A DNA stretch of 64,000 nucleotides. It comes from Syntrophaceae bacterium (lineage in GTDB: Bacteria > Desulfobacterota > Syntrophia > Syntrophales > UBA2192). The stretch is from NCBI GenBank assembly GCA_013177795.1, contig JABLXY010000003.1, positions 701,578-765,577 on the forward strand. Direction: 5' to 3'. Under the pieces are notes generated by a model, which worked only from the letters and a program-made list of their open reading frames with translations, had not been told where the DNA came from and searched no databases. Below, piece after piece: positions 1 through 8,440 of the stretch (positions are counted from its first letter, which is position 1; every line of letters starts with the position of its first letter). The position numbers were made by a program, and so were the translations under genes.

Positions 1-1
1 G

Positions 2-181
2 GCTAATTTCAAGCTTATCATGGGTGATGAGGCCCTGCCCGAAAAGGTCCGCATCGCCTGCATCGGCCCCGTCACGGCCGCCGCGGCGACAAGGCACGGC
101 TTCACGGTGGATATCTACCAGGAGACGTTCACCATCCCCGGGATGGTGAAGGCGCTGGTCGAGTATTTTTCAAGGAAGTGA
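2..181 (+). CDS. hemD: 3' end of a uroporphyrinogen-III synthase-type gene (HemD, possibly CobA/HemD fusion), truncated by the window edge
   Basis: Frame 2 reads ...IACIGPVTAAAATRHGFTVDIYQETFTIPGMVKALVEYFSRK and stops at TGA 179-181. The IGPxTA...G C-terminal pattern is typical of HemD. It lies immediately upstream of ahb/hemB genes. Confidence 0.45.
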   Translation, partial: ANFKLIMGDEALPEKVRIACIGPVTAAAATRHGFTVDIYQETFTIPGMVKALVEYFSRK

Positions 182-184
182 TGA

Positions 185-1366
185 ATGATCGGGATATCGA
201 AACTGTACTGCGGGGCCGTGGAGGCCGCCGACGTCCTGCGCTACGGGCGCCACTCGGCGAGGCTCCCCTCGCACCTGCTGCAGTTCTCCAGCGACAAGCG
301 GCCCGTCGTCGTCTGGAACGCCACCCGGCGCTGCAACCTCAAGTGCGTCCACTGCTACTCGAACTCGCAGAACATCCTCTACAGCGACGAGCTGACGACC
401 GGGGAGGGCAAGCGGCTCATCGACGACCTGGCCGCCTTCGGCTCGCCCGTGCTCCTGCTCTCGGGCGGTGAGCCCCTCATGCGTCCCGACCTGCCCGAGC
501 TGGCGCAGTACGCCGTGGACAGGGGGATGCGCGTCGTCATCTCCACGAACGGCACCCTCATCACGAAAAAGCTGGCCCGGGTCTTCAGCGACATCGGCCT
601 GTCGTACATCGGCGTGAGCCTCGACGGCCTGCGGGAGGTGCACGACCGCTTCCGGGGCGTCAAGGGGGCCTTCGACAGGACGCTGCGCGGCATCCGCAAC
701 GCCCGCGACGCGGGCATCAAGGTGGGCATCCGCTTCACCGTGAGCCGCAAGAACTGGAAGGAGATCCCCGGCATCTTCGACCTGATCGAGAAGGAGAACA
801 TCCCGCGCGTCTGCTTCTATCACCTCGTGTACTCGGGCCGCGGCTCGGCCCTCATCGAGGAGGACCTCACCCACGGGGAAACACGGCAGGTGGTCGACCT
901 GATCATGGACCGCACGAAGGACCTCTTCGACCGGGGCATCGAGAAGGAGGTGCTCACCGTGGACAACCACGCCGACGGCCCCTACGTGTACCTGAGGCTC
1001 CTCCGCGAGGACCCCCGGCGGGCCGCCGAGGTCCTGGAGCTGCTCCGGATGAACGAGGGCAACAGCTCGGGGCACGGGATCGGCTGCGTGAGCTGGGACG
1101 GCGAGGTCCACCCCGACCAGTTCTGGAGGGTCCACTCCTTCGGCAACGTCAAGGAAAGGCCCTTCAGCGAGATCTGGCTCGACACGTCGAACGAGCTGCT
1201 CGCGAAGATGAAGGACAAGAAGCCCCACGTCAAGGGCCGCTGCGCGACCTGCCGCTGGCTCGATGTCTGCGGCGGCAACTTCCGGGCACGGGCCGAGGCC
1301 GTCACGGGCGATGCCTGGGCGGCGGACCCGGCGTGTTACCTGACGGATGACGAAATCAAGAAATAG
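185..1366 (+). CDS. ahbC: NirJ-like radical SAM/SPASM enzyme of alternative heme biosynthesis, tentatively AhbC (12,18-didecarboxysiroheme deacetylase / Fe-coproporphyrin III synthase)
   Basis: 393 aa. CNLKCVHCY CxxxCxxC radical SAM motif after VVVWNATRR; C-terminal Cys-rich SPASM-like region (GRCATCRWLDVCGGNFRA). The rSAM-hemB-rSAM-nirD-like order matches my recollection of the Desulfovibrio ahbC-hemB-ahbD-ahbA locus. The C versus D assignment is tentative. Confidence 0.6.
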   Translation: MIGISKLYCGAVEAADVLRYGRHSARLPSHLLQFSSDKRPVVVWNATRRCNLKCVHCYSNSQNILYSDELTTGEGKRLIDDLAAFGSPVLLLSGGEPLMRPDLPELAQYAVDRGMRVVISTNGTLITKKLARVFSDIGLSYIGVSLDGLREVHDRFRGVKGAFDRTLRGIRNARDAGIKVGIRFTVSRKNWKEIPGIFDLIEKENIPRVCFYHLVYSGRGSALIEEDLTHGETRQVVDLIMDRTKDLFDRGIEKEVLTVDNHADGPYVYLRLLREDPRRAAEVLELLRMNEGNSSGHGIGCVSWDGEVHPDQFWRVHSFGNVKERPFSEIWLDTSNELLAKMKDKKPHVKGRCATCRWLDVCGGNFRARAEAVTGDAWAADPACYLTDDEIKK

Positions 1367-1455
1367 GCGTCAGGCATCAGGCTCCAGGCATCGGGAAAGA
1401 ATCAAGGCCGTTTCCTGCAGCCTGGCGCCCCATGCCCAACGTCGAATGCCCAGTT
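1365..1455. repeat. Heptamer array element: AGGCGTC AGGCATC AGGCTCC AGGCATC, then a complementary-phase arm (CCTGCAG CCTGGCG CCCCATG CCCAACG TCGAATG CCCAGTT)
   Basis: Read directly. Four tandem 7-mers start on the TAG stop of the upstream gene. The GCC-phased arm runs to the hemB ribosome-binding site. Confidence 0.7.
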
Positions 1456-1468
1456 GAAGGAGGCACCC

Positions 1469-2443
1469 ATGTTTTTCCCCGCATACCGTCCCCGGCGCAT
1501 GAGGCAAAACGAGAATCTGCGCAGGCTCATCCGCGAGACGAAGCTCTCGGTCGACGATCTCGTCCACCCGCTCTTCGTCGTCCCGGGCAAGGGCGTGAAG
1601 AAGCCCATCCAATCCATGCCCGGCAACTTCCAGATGTCCGTCGACCACCTGCTCAAGGAGGTGAAGCAGTCGAGGGACCTGGGCATCCCGGCCGTCCTGC
1701 TCTTCGGCATCCCCGACGAGAAGGATGAGAACGCCACGGGCGCCTTTCGGAAGGACGGGATCATCCAGCGGGCCGTCAAGGAGATCAAGGACAAGGTGCC
1801 CGACATCCTCGTCATCACCGACCTGTGCTTCTGCGAGTACACGAGCCACGGCCACTGCGGGTGCCTGAAGGACGGCGACGTGGACAACGACGCCACGCTG
1901 GAGATGCTGGCCGAGACGGCCGTCTCGCAGGCGAAGGCCGGGGCCGACATCGTGGCCCCCTCGGCGATGATGGACGGCCAGATCGAGGCCATCCGCGACG
2001 GCCTCGACGAGGCGGGCTTCGAGAACACGCCGATCATGGCCTACTCGGCCAAGTACGCCTCGTGCTTCTACGGGCCCTTCCGCGAGGCCGCCGAGAGTGC
2101 CCCGCGGTTCGGCGACCGCAAGGGCTACCAGATGGACCCGGCCAACAGCGACGAGGCCGTCCGCGAGATCGGGCTCGACATCGAGGAAGGGGCAGACATC
2201 ATCATGGTCAAGCCGGCGCTGCCCTACCTCGACATCATCCGGCGGGCCCGGGAGGAGTTCGACCACCCCGTTGCCGCTTACAACGTGAGCGGCGAGTTCG
2301 CGATGATCAAGGCGGCGGCCCAGATGGGCTGGATCGACGGCGAGCGGGCCATGATGGAGGCGCTCACGGCGATCAAGCGCGCCGGCGCCGACATCATCCT
2401 GACCTACTTCGCGCCGGAGGCGGCGAGGGTGCTGCAAAAGTAA
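1469..2443 (+). CDS. hemB: Porphobilinogen synthase (delta-aminolevulinic acid dehydratase)
   Basis: [24 protein letters not shown]... is the classic HemB N-terminus; the active-site region SAMMDG is present. GAAGGAGG RBS at 1456-1463 favours ATG 1469 over the TTG 1454 of the ORF track. Confidence 0.93.
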   Translation: MFFPAYRPRRMRQNENLRRLIRETKLSVDDLVHPLFVVPGKGVKKPIQSMPGNFQMSVDHLLKEVKQSRDLGIPAVLLFGIPDEKDENATGAFRKDGIIQRAVKEIKDKVPDILVITDLCFCEYTSHGHCGCLKDGDVDNDATLEMLAETAVSQAKAGADIVAPSAMMDGQIEAIRDGLDEAGFENTPIMAYSAKYASCFYGPFREAAESAPRFGDRKGYQMDPANSDEAVREIGLDIEEGADIIMVKPALPYLDIIRRAREEFDHPVAAYNVSGEFAMIKAAAQMGWIDGERAMMEALTAIKRAGADIILTYFAPEAARVLQK

Positions 2444-2446
2444 AAG

Positions 2447-2534
2447 CTGGAATCATGGAGTGATGGAATCATGGAAATAATGGGTGTGACAAATAAGCTC
2501 ATCATTCCAACATTCCAGTATTCCACCACTCCAG
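2447..2534. repeat. Octamer array inverted element: TGGAATCA TGGAGTGA TGGAATCA TGGAAATAA TGGGTGTG ... TCATTCCA ACATTCCA GTATTCCA CCACTCCA
   Basis: Read directly. The left and right arms are imperfect reverse complements (about 22/30 plus G:U-compatible positions), predicting a long imperfect hairpin between hemB and the next gene. Confidence 0.75.
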
Positions 2535-2546
2535 ATTCGTGATTAC

Positions 2547-3692
2547 ATGAAGCCGGAAGAAAGACAGAGATCGGGTCAACCCGGTTCGACGAGCCCCCGC
2601 GTGGACCGCATGGTCCTGCCCGGCACGCTGCGCATGGTTGCCTGGGAGGTGACGCGCAGCTGCAACCTCGCCTGCGTGCACTGCCGTGCCTCGTCGGTCC
2701 ACGGACCCTACGAGGGGGAACTGGAGACGGAGCGCTGCCTGCGGCTTCTCGACGAGATCGCGGCCTTCAGCCAACCGGTCATCATCCTCACCGGGGGCGA
2801 GCCGCTTCTTCGCCCCGACATCTTCGAGATCGCGGCCTACGGCGACGCGAAGGGCCTCCGGATGGTCATGGCCACAAACGGCACCCTCGTGGACGATGCC
2901 ACGGCGCGGAAGATCCGCGAGGCCGGTATCCGGCGGGTGAGCATCAGCCTCGACGGCGCGGATGCCGAGCGGCACGACGCGTTCCGGCAGGTGCCGGGGG
3001 CCTTCCAGGGGGCGCTTTCGGGCATCGAGGCCCTGAAGCGCGCCGGCGTCGAATTCCAGGTCAACACGACGATCACGCGCATGAACCTCGACCAGGTGGA
3101 GGAACTGCTCGCCCTGGCGCAGCGGCTCGGGGCGGCGGCGCATCACGTCTTCCTGCTCGTCCCCACGGGCCGGGGAAAGGAAATGGCCCACCAGGCCATC
3201 TCCGCCGGAGAGTACGAAAAGACGCTGGAGTGGTTCTACGAGGCGGGGCTGTCGTGCCCCATGCAGCTCAAGGCGACCTGCGCGCCGCACTTCTACCGGA
3301 TCTACCACCAGCGCAAGAAGGAGCGGGCGGCGCAGTCCGTCCCCGAAAACCCCCTGCACGCCATGACGCGCGGCTGCCTCGGCGGCAGCTCCTTCGTCTT
3401 CATCTCGCACCGGGGCCAGGTGCAGCCCTGCGGGTACCTCGAGCTCGACTGCGGGCAGCTCAGGGAGACGCCCTTCGAGGAGATCTGGAAAGACTCGAGG
3501 ATCTTCCGGGACCTGCGGGACCTCCGAAAGTACGGCGGCAAGTGCGGCCGCTGCGAGTTCGTCACCGTCTGCGGAGGCTGCCGGGCCCGGGCCTACGAGA
3601 AGACGGGCGATTACCTCGCGGAAGAGCCGCTGTGTGTCTATCAACCAAGGAAAGGCAAAGGGCAAATGGCTCAGGGCGAAAGGGCAAGATGA
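2547..3692 (+). CDS. ahbD: NirJ-like radical SAM/SPASM enzyme, tentatively AhbD (heme b synthase)
   Basis: 381 aa. LRMVAWEVTRSCNLACVHCRA radical SAM motif; C-terminal CGRCEFVTVCGGCRARA SPASM-like cluster. Synteny as for ahbC. The true start could be the internal ATG near 2610. Confidence 0.6.
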   Translation: MKPEERQRSGQPGSTSPRVDRMVLPGTLRMVAWEVTRSCNLACVHCRASSVHGPYEGELETERCLRLLDEIAAFSQPVIILTGGEPLLRPDIFEIAAYGDAKGLRMVMATNGTLVDDATARKIREAGIRRVSISLDGADAERHDAFRQVPGAFQGALSGIEALKRAGVEFQVNTTITRMNLDQVEELLALAQRLGAAAHHVFLLVPTGRGKEMAHQAISAGEYEKTLEWFYEAGLSCPMQLKATCAPHFYRIYHQRKKERAAQSVPENPLHAMTRGCLGGSSFVFISHRGQVQPCGYLELDCGQLRETPFEEIWKDSRIFRDLRDLRKYGGKCGRCEFVTVCGGCRARAYEKTGDYLAEEPLCVYQPRKGKGQMAQGERAR

Positions 3693-3758
3693 ATCATAAG
3701 AAATGCGATGCCTCTTGCTTCCGGCCATTAGCCATTCGCCGTACGCCTGATGCCATTT
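3654..3758. repeat. Heptamer array inverted element: GGCAAAG GGCAAAT GGCTCAG GGCGAAAG GGCAAGA (overlaps the ahbD 3' end) ... GCCTCTT GCTTCCG GCCATTA GCCATTC GCCGTAC GCCTGAT GCCATTT
   Basis: Read directly. Seven consecutive GCC-phased 7-mers at 3710-3758 end 4 nt before ATG 3763. The left arm encodes the last approximately 13 codons of the upstream gene. Confidence 0.8.
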
Positions 3759-3762
3759 GTTT

Positions 3763-4209
3763 ATGGACGCCCTCGACAGGAAAATTCTGAACATCCTCCA
3801 GACCCGCTTCCCGCTGGTTCCCGAGCCCTACGATGCCGTGGGGCAGGAGGTGGGACTGACGGGCGACGAGGTCATCGAGCGGGTGCGCAGGCTCAAGGCC
3901 GAAGGCGTGATCCGGCGGATCGGCGCGGTATTCGACTCCCGGAGGCTCGGCTACGCGAGCACGCTGTGCGCCGCGAAGGTGCCGGAGGAGAAGATGAGGG
4001 CCTTCGTGGAGGTCGTGAACGGCTACCCCGGCGTGACCCACAACTACCGCCGGGGGCACGACTACAACGTCTGGTTCACCTTCATCGCGCCGGATGCGGA
4101 GGCCCTGGAAGGGGCCCTCGACGAGATCCGCCGCAGGACGGGCGTGCAGGACGTCATCAGCATGCCGGCGGTCAGGACCTTTAAAATCAACGCCACCTTC
4201 GAACTATAG
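3763..4209 (+). CDS. Siroheme decarboxylase subunit (AhbA/AhbB; NirD/L/G/H family, Lrp/AsnC-like fold)
   Basis: MDALDRKILNILQTRFPLVPEPY...GVIRRIGAVFDS...GVTHNY.R...YN.WFT matches the NirD-like family signature. Only one copy is visible in the window. ATG 3763 is preferred over TTG 3757. Confidence 0.8.
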   Translation: MDALDRKILNILQTRFPLVPEPYDAVGQEVGLTGDEVIERVRRLKAEGVIRRIGAVFDSRRLGYASTLCAAKVPEEKMRAFVEVVNGYPGVTHNYRRGHDYNVWFTFIAPDAEALEGALDEIRRRTGVQDVISMPAVRTFKINATFEL

Positions 4210-4244
4210 AGGGCGGTGGACCGAAGGCACATGGCTCCGGAATC

Positions 4245-4348
4245 GGGAAGCTGGGAAGTTGAGAAATTGCGAAGCTTGGACCGGCTGAAGCCAAATTCAC
4301 CGTCTTCGCATTTCCGAGCTTCCTAACTTCAAAGCTTCTTAACTTCCG
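4245..4348. repeat. Octamer array inverted element: GGGAAGCT GGGAAGTT GAGAAATT GCGAAGCT ... TCCGAGCT TCCTAACT TCAAAGCT TCTTAACT TCCG
   Basis: Read directly. It has the same unit family as the element at 23599-23706. Confidence 0.75.
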
Positions 4349-4428
4349 TCTGTACAGGGTGCCTTGCATCCGGGCATTTTTGACCAGCCGGAAGAACCAC
4401 CGCATCGGAGGGCTGGAAGGAATTTCCC

Positions 4429-7092
4429 ATGACCGACAAGCCGAAACCCACCCTCTACCTCGTCGACGGCAGCAACTACGTCTACCGCGCCTTCTTCGCC
4501 ATCCAGGGCCTCACCAACTCGCGCGGCTTCCCGACCAACGCCGTCTACGGGTTCAACAACATGCTCTCCAAGCTCCTGCGGGAGCGCAAGCCCGAGTACA
4601 TCGCCGTCGTCTTCGACGCGAAGGGCCCGACCTTCCGCAACGAGGCCTTCGAAGACTACAAGGCGCACCGAAAGCCCATGCCCGACGCCCTGAAGCCCCA
4701 GATCGCCGTGATCAAGGACCTCGTGCGCGCCTACCGCATCCCCCTGCTGGAGATCGAGGGCATCGAGGCCGACGACGTGATCGGCACCCTGGCCCGGAAG
4801 TTCGAGGCCGAGGGCGTGAAGGTGGTCATCGTCTCGGGCGACAAGGACCTCATGCAGCTGGTCTCCGACGGGGTCGTCATGGTCGACACGATGAAGGACA
4901 AGACCTATGACGCCGCAGGCGTGGAGGAGCGCTTCGGTGTGGGGCCCGACCGGGTGGCCGAGCTGCTCGGCCTCATGGGCGATGCGTCGGACAACATCCC
5001 CGGCGTGCCCGGCGTGGGGCCCAAGACGGCGCTCCAGCTGATCCGGGACTACGGTTCCCTGGAGGGCGTGCTGAGCAATGCGGGAAAGATCCGCAACGAG
5101 CGGATCCGCAAGGCCGTCACGGAGCACGCTCAGCAGGCGAGGCTCTCCCGGGAGCTGGCCCTCGTGAGGACCGATGCCGCCGTCGATCTCGACCTCGAGC
5201 AGGCGCGCTACGAGGGGCCTGACCGCGAGGCGCTGAAGGCCCTCTTCAAGGAACTGGAGTTCTCCTCGCTCATCCAGGACCTGGAGGTGCGCGACCGCAA
5301 GGCGGACGGCAAAGCCCATCTCGTCTCGACGGCGGAGGGGCTTCACGGCCTCATCCGCGGCATCGAAAAGGCCGGGGCCGTTGCCCTTTACCCGGTCCTG
5401 ACCTCCGAGCTGCCCATGTACGCCGACCTCGTGGGACTCGGCATGGCCTGCGCGCCGGGGGAATCCTTTTACTTGCCCCTCGGGTCCGGCAAGGCGGCCT
5501 GGCGCGACCACGCCCTGAAGGAACTCGCGCCGGTTCTTTCCGCCGAGAAGATCCTCAAGCACGGCCACGACCTCAAGAATGCCGTCATCGCGCTCGCCCG
5601 GCTGGGGATTCCCCTGCGGGGGGCGGGCGACGACACGATGGTGGCCTCCTACCTGCTGAACCCCTCGAAGAAAAGCCACGACATCACCGAGGCGGCGCGG
5701 GAATTTCTCGACCTCGAGCTCACCCCGGCGAAGGAGGTGCTCGGCAGCGGCGCAAAGGCCCTGTCGCCCGCCGACGTGGAGCCCGCGCGCATGGCTCCGT
5801 ACGCGGGGGAACGCGCCGAGGCCGCCCTGCGGATCCGCCCCGTCGTGGCGGGGAAAATCCGGGAGGCGGCCCTGGAGGATCTCTACAGCAAGGTCGAGAT
5901 GCCGCTGGTCCATGTGCTGGCCGCCATGGAGCAGCGGGGGGTCCTCGTCGACCGCAAGCAGCTCGCGGAGATGTCGGTCCAGTTCGACGAGCTCCTGTCC
6001 CGGTCCGAGGAGAAGATCTACAGCCTGGCCGGCGAGCGATTCAACATCAACTCGCCCAAGCAGCTCCAGGTCATCCTCTTCGACAAGCTCAAGCTCGCCA
6101 AGGGACGGAAGATCAAGGAAGGCTACTCCACCGACGTGGAGACGCTCACGACGCTGGCCCAGTCCCACGAGCTGCCCGCCGAGATCCTGGCCTACCGGAG
6201 CATCGCGAAACTCAAGTCGACCTACGTCGACGCCCTGCCGGCGATGGTGCACCCGCAGACCGGGCGCATCCACACCTCCTACAACCAGACCGTGACCGCC
6301 ACGGGGCGCCTCTCGAGCAGCAACCCCAACCTGCAGAACATCCCCATCCGCACCCCCGAGGGCCGGCGGATCCGCCAGGCCTTCGTCGCGCCGCACGGGT
6401 GCGTGCTGGTCTCGGCCGACTACGCCCAGATCGAGCTGCACGTGCTCGCCCACCTCTCGGGAGACGAGGCGCTCATCGAGGTCTTCGAGTCGGGGGAGGA
6501 CATCCACACCCGGACCGCTTCGGCCCTCTTCGGCGTGTTCCCGGAAATGGTCACCCCCGAGCTGCGCCGGCGCGCCAAGGTGATCAACTTCGGCGTGATC
6601 TACGGCATGAGCCCCTTCGGCCTCTCCAAGGAGCTCGGGATCAGCCAGGCCGAGGCGAAGGAATACATCGACAGCTACTTCGACCGCTACAAGGGGGTCC
6701 GGAAATTCCTCGACGGGATCCTTGAGGATGCGCGCCGCGACAAGTACGTATGCACCCTGCTGAACCGCCGGCGCTACATCCCCGAGATCACGAGCTCCAA
6801 CGCGGCGCTGCGCCAGTTCGCCGAGCGCACGGCCATCAACGCGCCCATCCAGGGGACGGCGGCCGACCTCATCAAGATCGCCATGATCAACCTGCACGCC
6901 CTCCTCAAGAAGCGCCACCCGAAGGCGGCCATGATCATGCAGGTGCACGACGAGCTGGTGTTCGAAGTCCCCGAGGGCGAGAAGAAAGACCTCATGGCCC
7001 TCGTGAAGCGCGAGATGGAAGGGGTCATGAAGCTGCGCGTGCCGCTGAAGGTGGAGATCCATGCGGGGCGCAACTGGGACGAGGCGCACTGA
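4429..7092 (+). CDS. polA: DNA polymerase I (5'-3' exonuclease, 3'-5' exonuclease and polymerase domains)
   Basis: 887 aa. N-terminal LYLVDGSNYVYRAFFA and GIPGVPGVGPKTA; C-terminal ADYSQIELHVLAH-type (SADYAQIELHVLAHLSGD), KVINFGVIYG and QVHDELVFEV motifs. Confidence 0.97.
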   Translation: MTDKPKPTLYLVDGSNYVYRAFFAIQGLTNSRGFPTNAVYGFNNMLSKLLRERKPEYIAVVFDAKGPTFRNEAFEDYKAHRKPMPDALKPQIAVIKDLVRAYRIPLLEIEGIEADDVIGTLARKFEAEGVKVVIVSGDKDLMQLVSDGVVMVDTMKDKTYDAAGVEERFGVGPDRVAELLGLMGDASDNIPGVPGVGPKTALQLIRDYGSLEGVLSNAGKIRNERIRKAVTEHAQQARLSRELALVRTDAAVDLDLEQARYEGPDREALKALFKELEFSSLIQDLEVRDRKADGKAHLVSTAEGLHGLIRGIEKAGAVALYPVLTSELPMYADLVGLGMACAPGESFYLPLGSGKAAWRDHALKELAPVLSAEKILKHGHDLKNAVIALARLGIPLRGAGDDTMVASYLLNPSKKSHDITEAAREFLDLELTPAKEVLGSGAKALSPADVEPARMAPYAGERAEAALRIRPVVAGKIREAALEDLYSKVEMPLVHVLAAMEQRGVLVDRKQLAEMSVQFDELLSRSEEKIYSLAGERFNINSPKQLQVILFDKLKLAKGRKIKEGYSTDVETLTTLAQSHELPAEILAYRSIAKLKSTYVDALPAMVHPQTGRIHTSYNQTVTATGRLSSSNPNLQNIPIRTPEGRRIRQAFVAPHGCVLVSADYAQIELHVLAHLSGDEALIEVFESGEDIHTRTASALFGVFPEMVTPELRRRAKVINFGVIYGMSPFGLSKELGISQAEAKEYIDSYFDRYKGVRKFLDGILEDARRDKYVCTLLNRRRYIPEITSSNAALRQFAERTAINAPIQGTAADLIKIAMINLHALLKKRHPKAAMIMQVHDELVFEVPEGEKKDLMALVKREMEGVMKLRVPLKVEIHAGRNWDEAH

Positions 7093-7179
7093 GAAGAAGG
7101 CAAGACGGTGAGAGGGTAAGAACGTTGGATTGCTCGGAGGCCGAATTCCCGCCCTCGGATTCTCCAACCATACCCTTTA
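7091..7179. repeat. Purine-rich octamer array GAGAAGAA GGCAAGAC GGTGAGAG GGTAAGAA CGTTGGAT with a weak pyrimidine-rich counterpart (CGGATTCT CCAACCAT ACCCTTTA)
   Basis: Read directly. It starts on the polA TGA and shares the GGTAAGAA unit with the 39624-39766 element. Pairing with the right arm is poor. Confidence 0.5.
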
Positions 7180-7209
7180 GAACAGAAATTTTCCGAGGAG
7201 GTGCCGATC

Positions 7210-8436
7210 ATGAACCTTCTGAGCAGGACAACCTGTGCGGTGGCGGCTGTGTTGACCGTTTGTTTCCTGTCACCCGCGTCGGCGGCGGAGCCGAAGAAAC
7301 CCCTGACCCTGTACTGGGTGAGCGCGGCGACGCACAACATGGTGATCCCCGGGATGTCCCAGGGGGAGATGTCGGGCCTGCAGGGCATGATCCTGGGCAA
7401 GGTGGCCGGGGTCGGCCCGAAGCGGACGCTCCTGCTGCAGCTCAGCGCACCCGGGAATCCCCCGGCATCGCCCGAGGCGGCGCACGACATTCCCCCCGGC
7501 ATGGAGATGGGCAAGACCCTCCCGCTGCTGATCCCCGAGCGTGAGAAGCCCGTCCGGGGCGAGAGCCCGGAGGAGGGGAAGCCGGAGAAGCCGGAGAAGC
7601 CGAAGGCGCGCATGCTTCTTTACTGGGGCTGCAGCGAGACGGTGAGGCCCGGGCAGCCCCGGGTGCTCGACACGGAGAAGATGAGCCCGGCCGACTTCGG
7701 GAAAGCCATGGCGGGCCGGACCGGAACGGTGCTGTCTCCCCCGTCTCCGAGGGCGGGGTGGGCCTATGCGGAGTGGCCCAACCGCAGGGATCAGAGGGAG
7801 GTGCCGAGGTCGAGCTCCCTCGTGGGGAGCCACTTCGTGCACGGGAACTTCAGCCCCGACATCCGGTTCACCGTCGGCGAGAGGCACGACTTCATGGCGC
7901 CCGTGGAATTCACGTCCGTCAAGGGGGGGCTTGCGGACAGCATCGCCTTCGAGTGGAAGAAGATCCCCACGGCGATCGGGTATTTCGCCACGGCGATCGG
8001 CCACAGCGAGAAGACGGGCGAGACGATCCTCTGGTCCTCGAGCGATGCGCAGGAACCGGGGTACGGCCTGATGGGCTATCTCACGCCCGCCGACGTGAGC
8101 CGGTTCATCCGGGAGAAGGTGGTCATGGGGCCCGAGGTCACACGCTGCGCGATCCCCCGGGGGATTTTCAAGGACGCCGGCGGCGCCGCGCTGCAGTTCA
8201 TCGGCTACGGCGACGAGCTCAACATCGCGTACCCCCCGAAGCCGAAGGACCCGAAGATTCCGCACGAGTACGTCTGGGCGGTGAAGCTGCGCAACAAGTC
8301 GACGGGGATGCTGCCCCTGGGCCAGGAAGGCACGCAGGAGGAGCGCACGAAGGAAAGACAGCCCGCCGAGCAGAAGCCCGAGAGCACCACCGACAAGATG
8401 AAGAAGACGCTCGACGTGATCAAGGGGCTGTTCTGA
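7210..8436 (+). CDS. Secreted protein of unknown function
   Basis: GAGGAGG RBS at 7194-7200, then ATG 7210. The signal peptide MNLLSRTTCAVAAVLTVCFLSPASA/AEP is followed by a KPEKPEKPK linker. No family recognised. Confidence 0.6.
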   Translation: MNLLSRTTCAVAAVLTVCFLSPASAAEPKKPLTLYWVSAATHNMVIPGMSQGEMSGLQGMILGKVAGVGPKRTLLLQLSAPGNPPASPEAAHDIPPGMEMGKTLPLLIPEREKPVRGESPEEGKPEKPEKPKARMLLYWGCSETVRPGQPRVLDTEKMSPADFGKAMAGRTGTVLSPPSPRAGWAYAEWPNRRDQREVPRSSSLVGSHFVHGNFSPDIRFTVGERHDFMAPVEFTSVKGGLADSIAFEWKKIPTAIGYFATAIGHSEKTGETILWSSSDAQEPGYGLMGYLTPADVSRFIREKVVMGPEVTRCAIPRGIFKDAGGAALQFIGYGDELNIAYPPKPKDPKIPHEYVWAVKLRNKSTGMLPLGQEGTQEERTKERQPAEQKPESTTDKMKKTLDVIKGLF

Positions 8437-8440
8437 GCCC

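Noticed and set aside
4339-7167. 942-aa ORF antisense to polA. Similar very long antisense ORFs occur at 14333-17653, 26514-30593, 36280-38727, 43777-45861, 46903-48537 and 51616-54351.
   Set aside because: They are typical GC-rich shadow ORFs. Translations are Arg/Gly/Pro/Ala-biased low-complexity with no recognisable motifs, whereas the opposite strand encodes textbook polA or flagellar proteins with RBSs and coupled starts.
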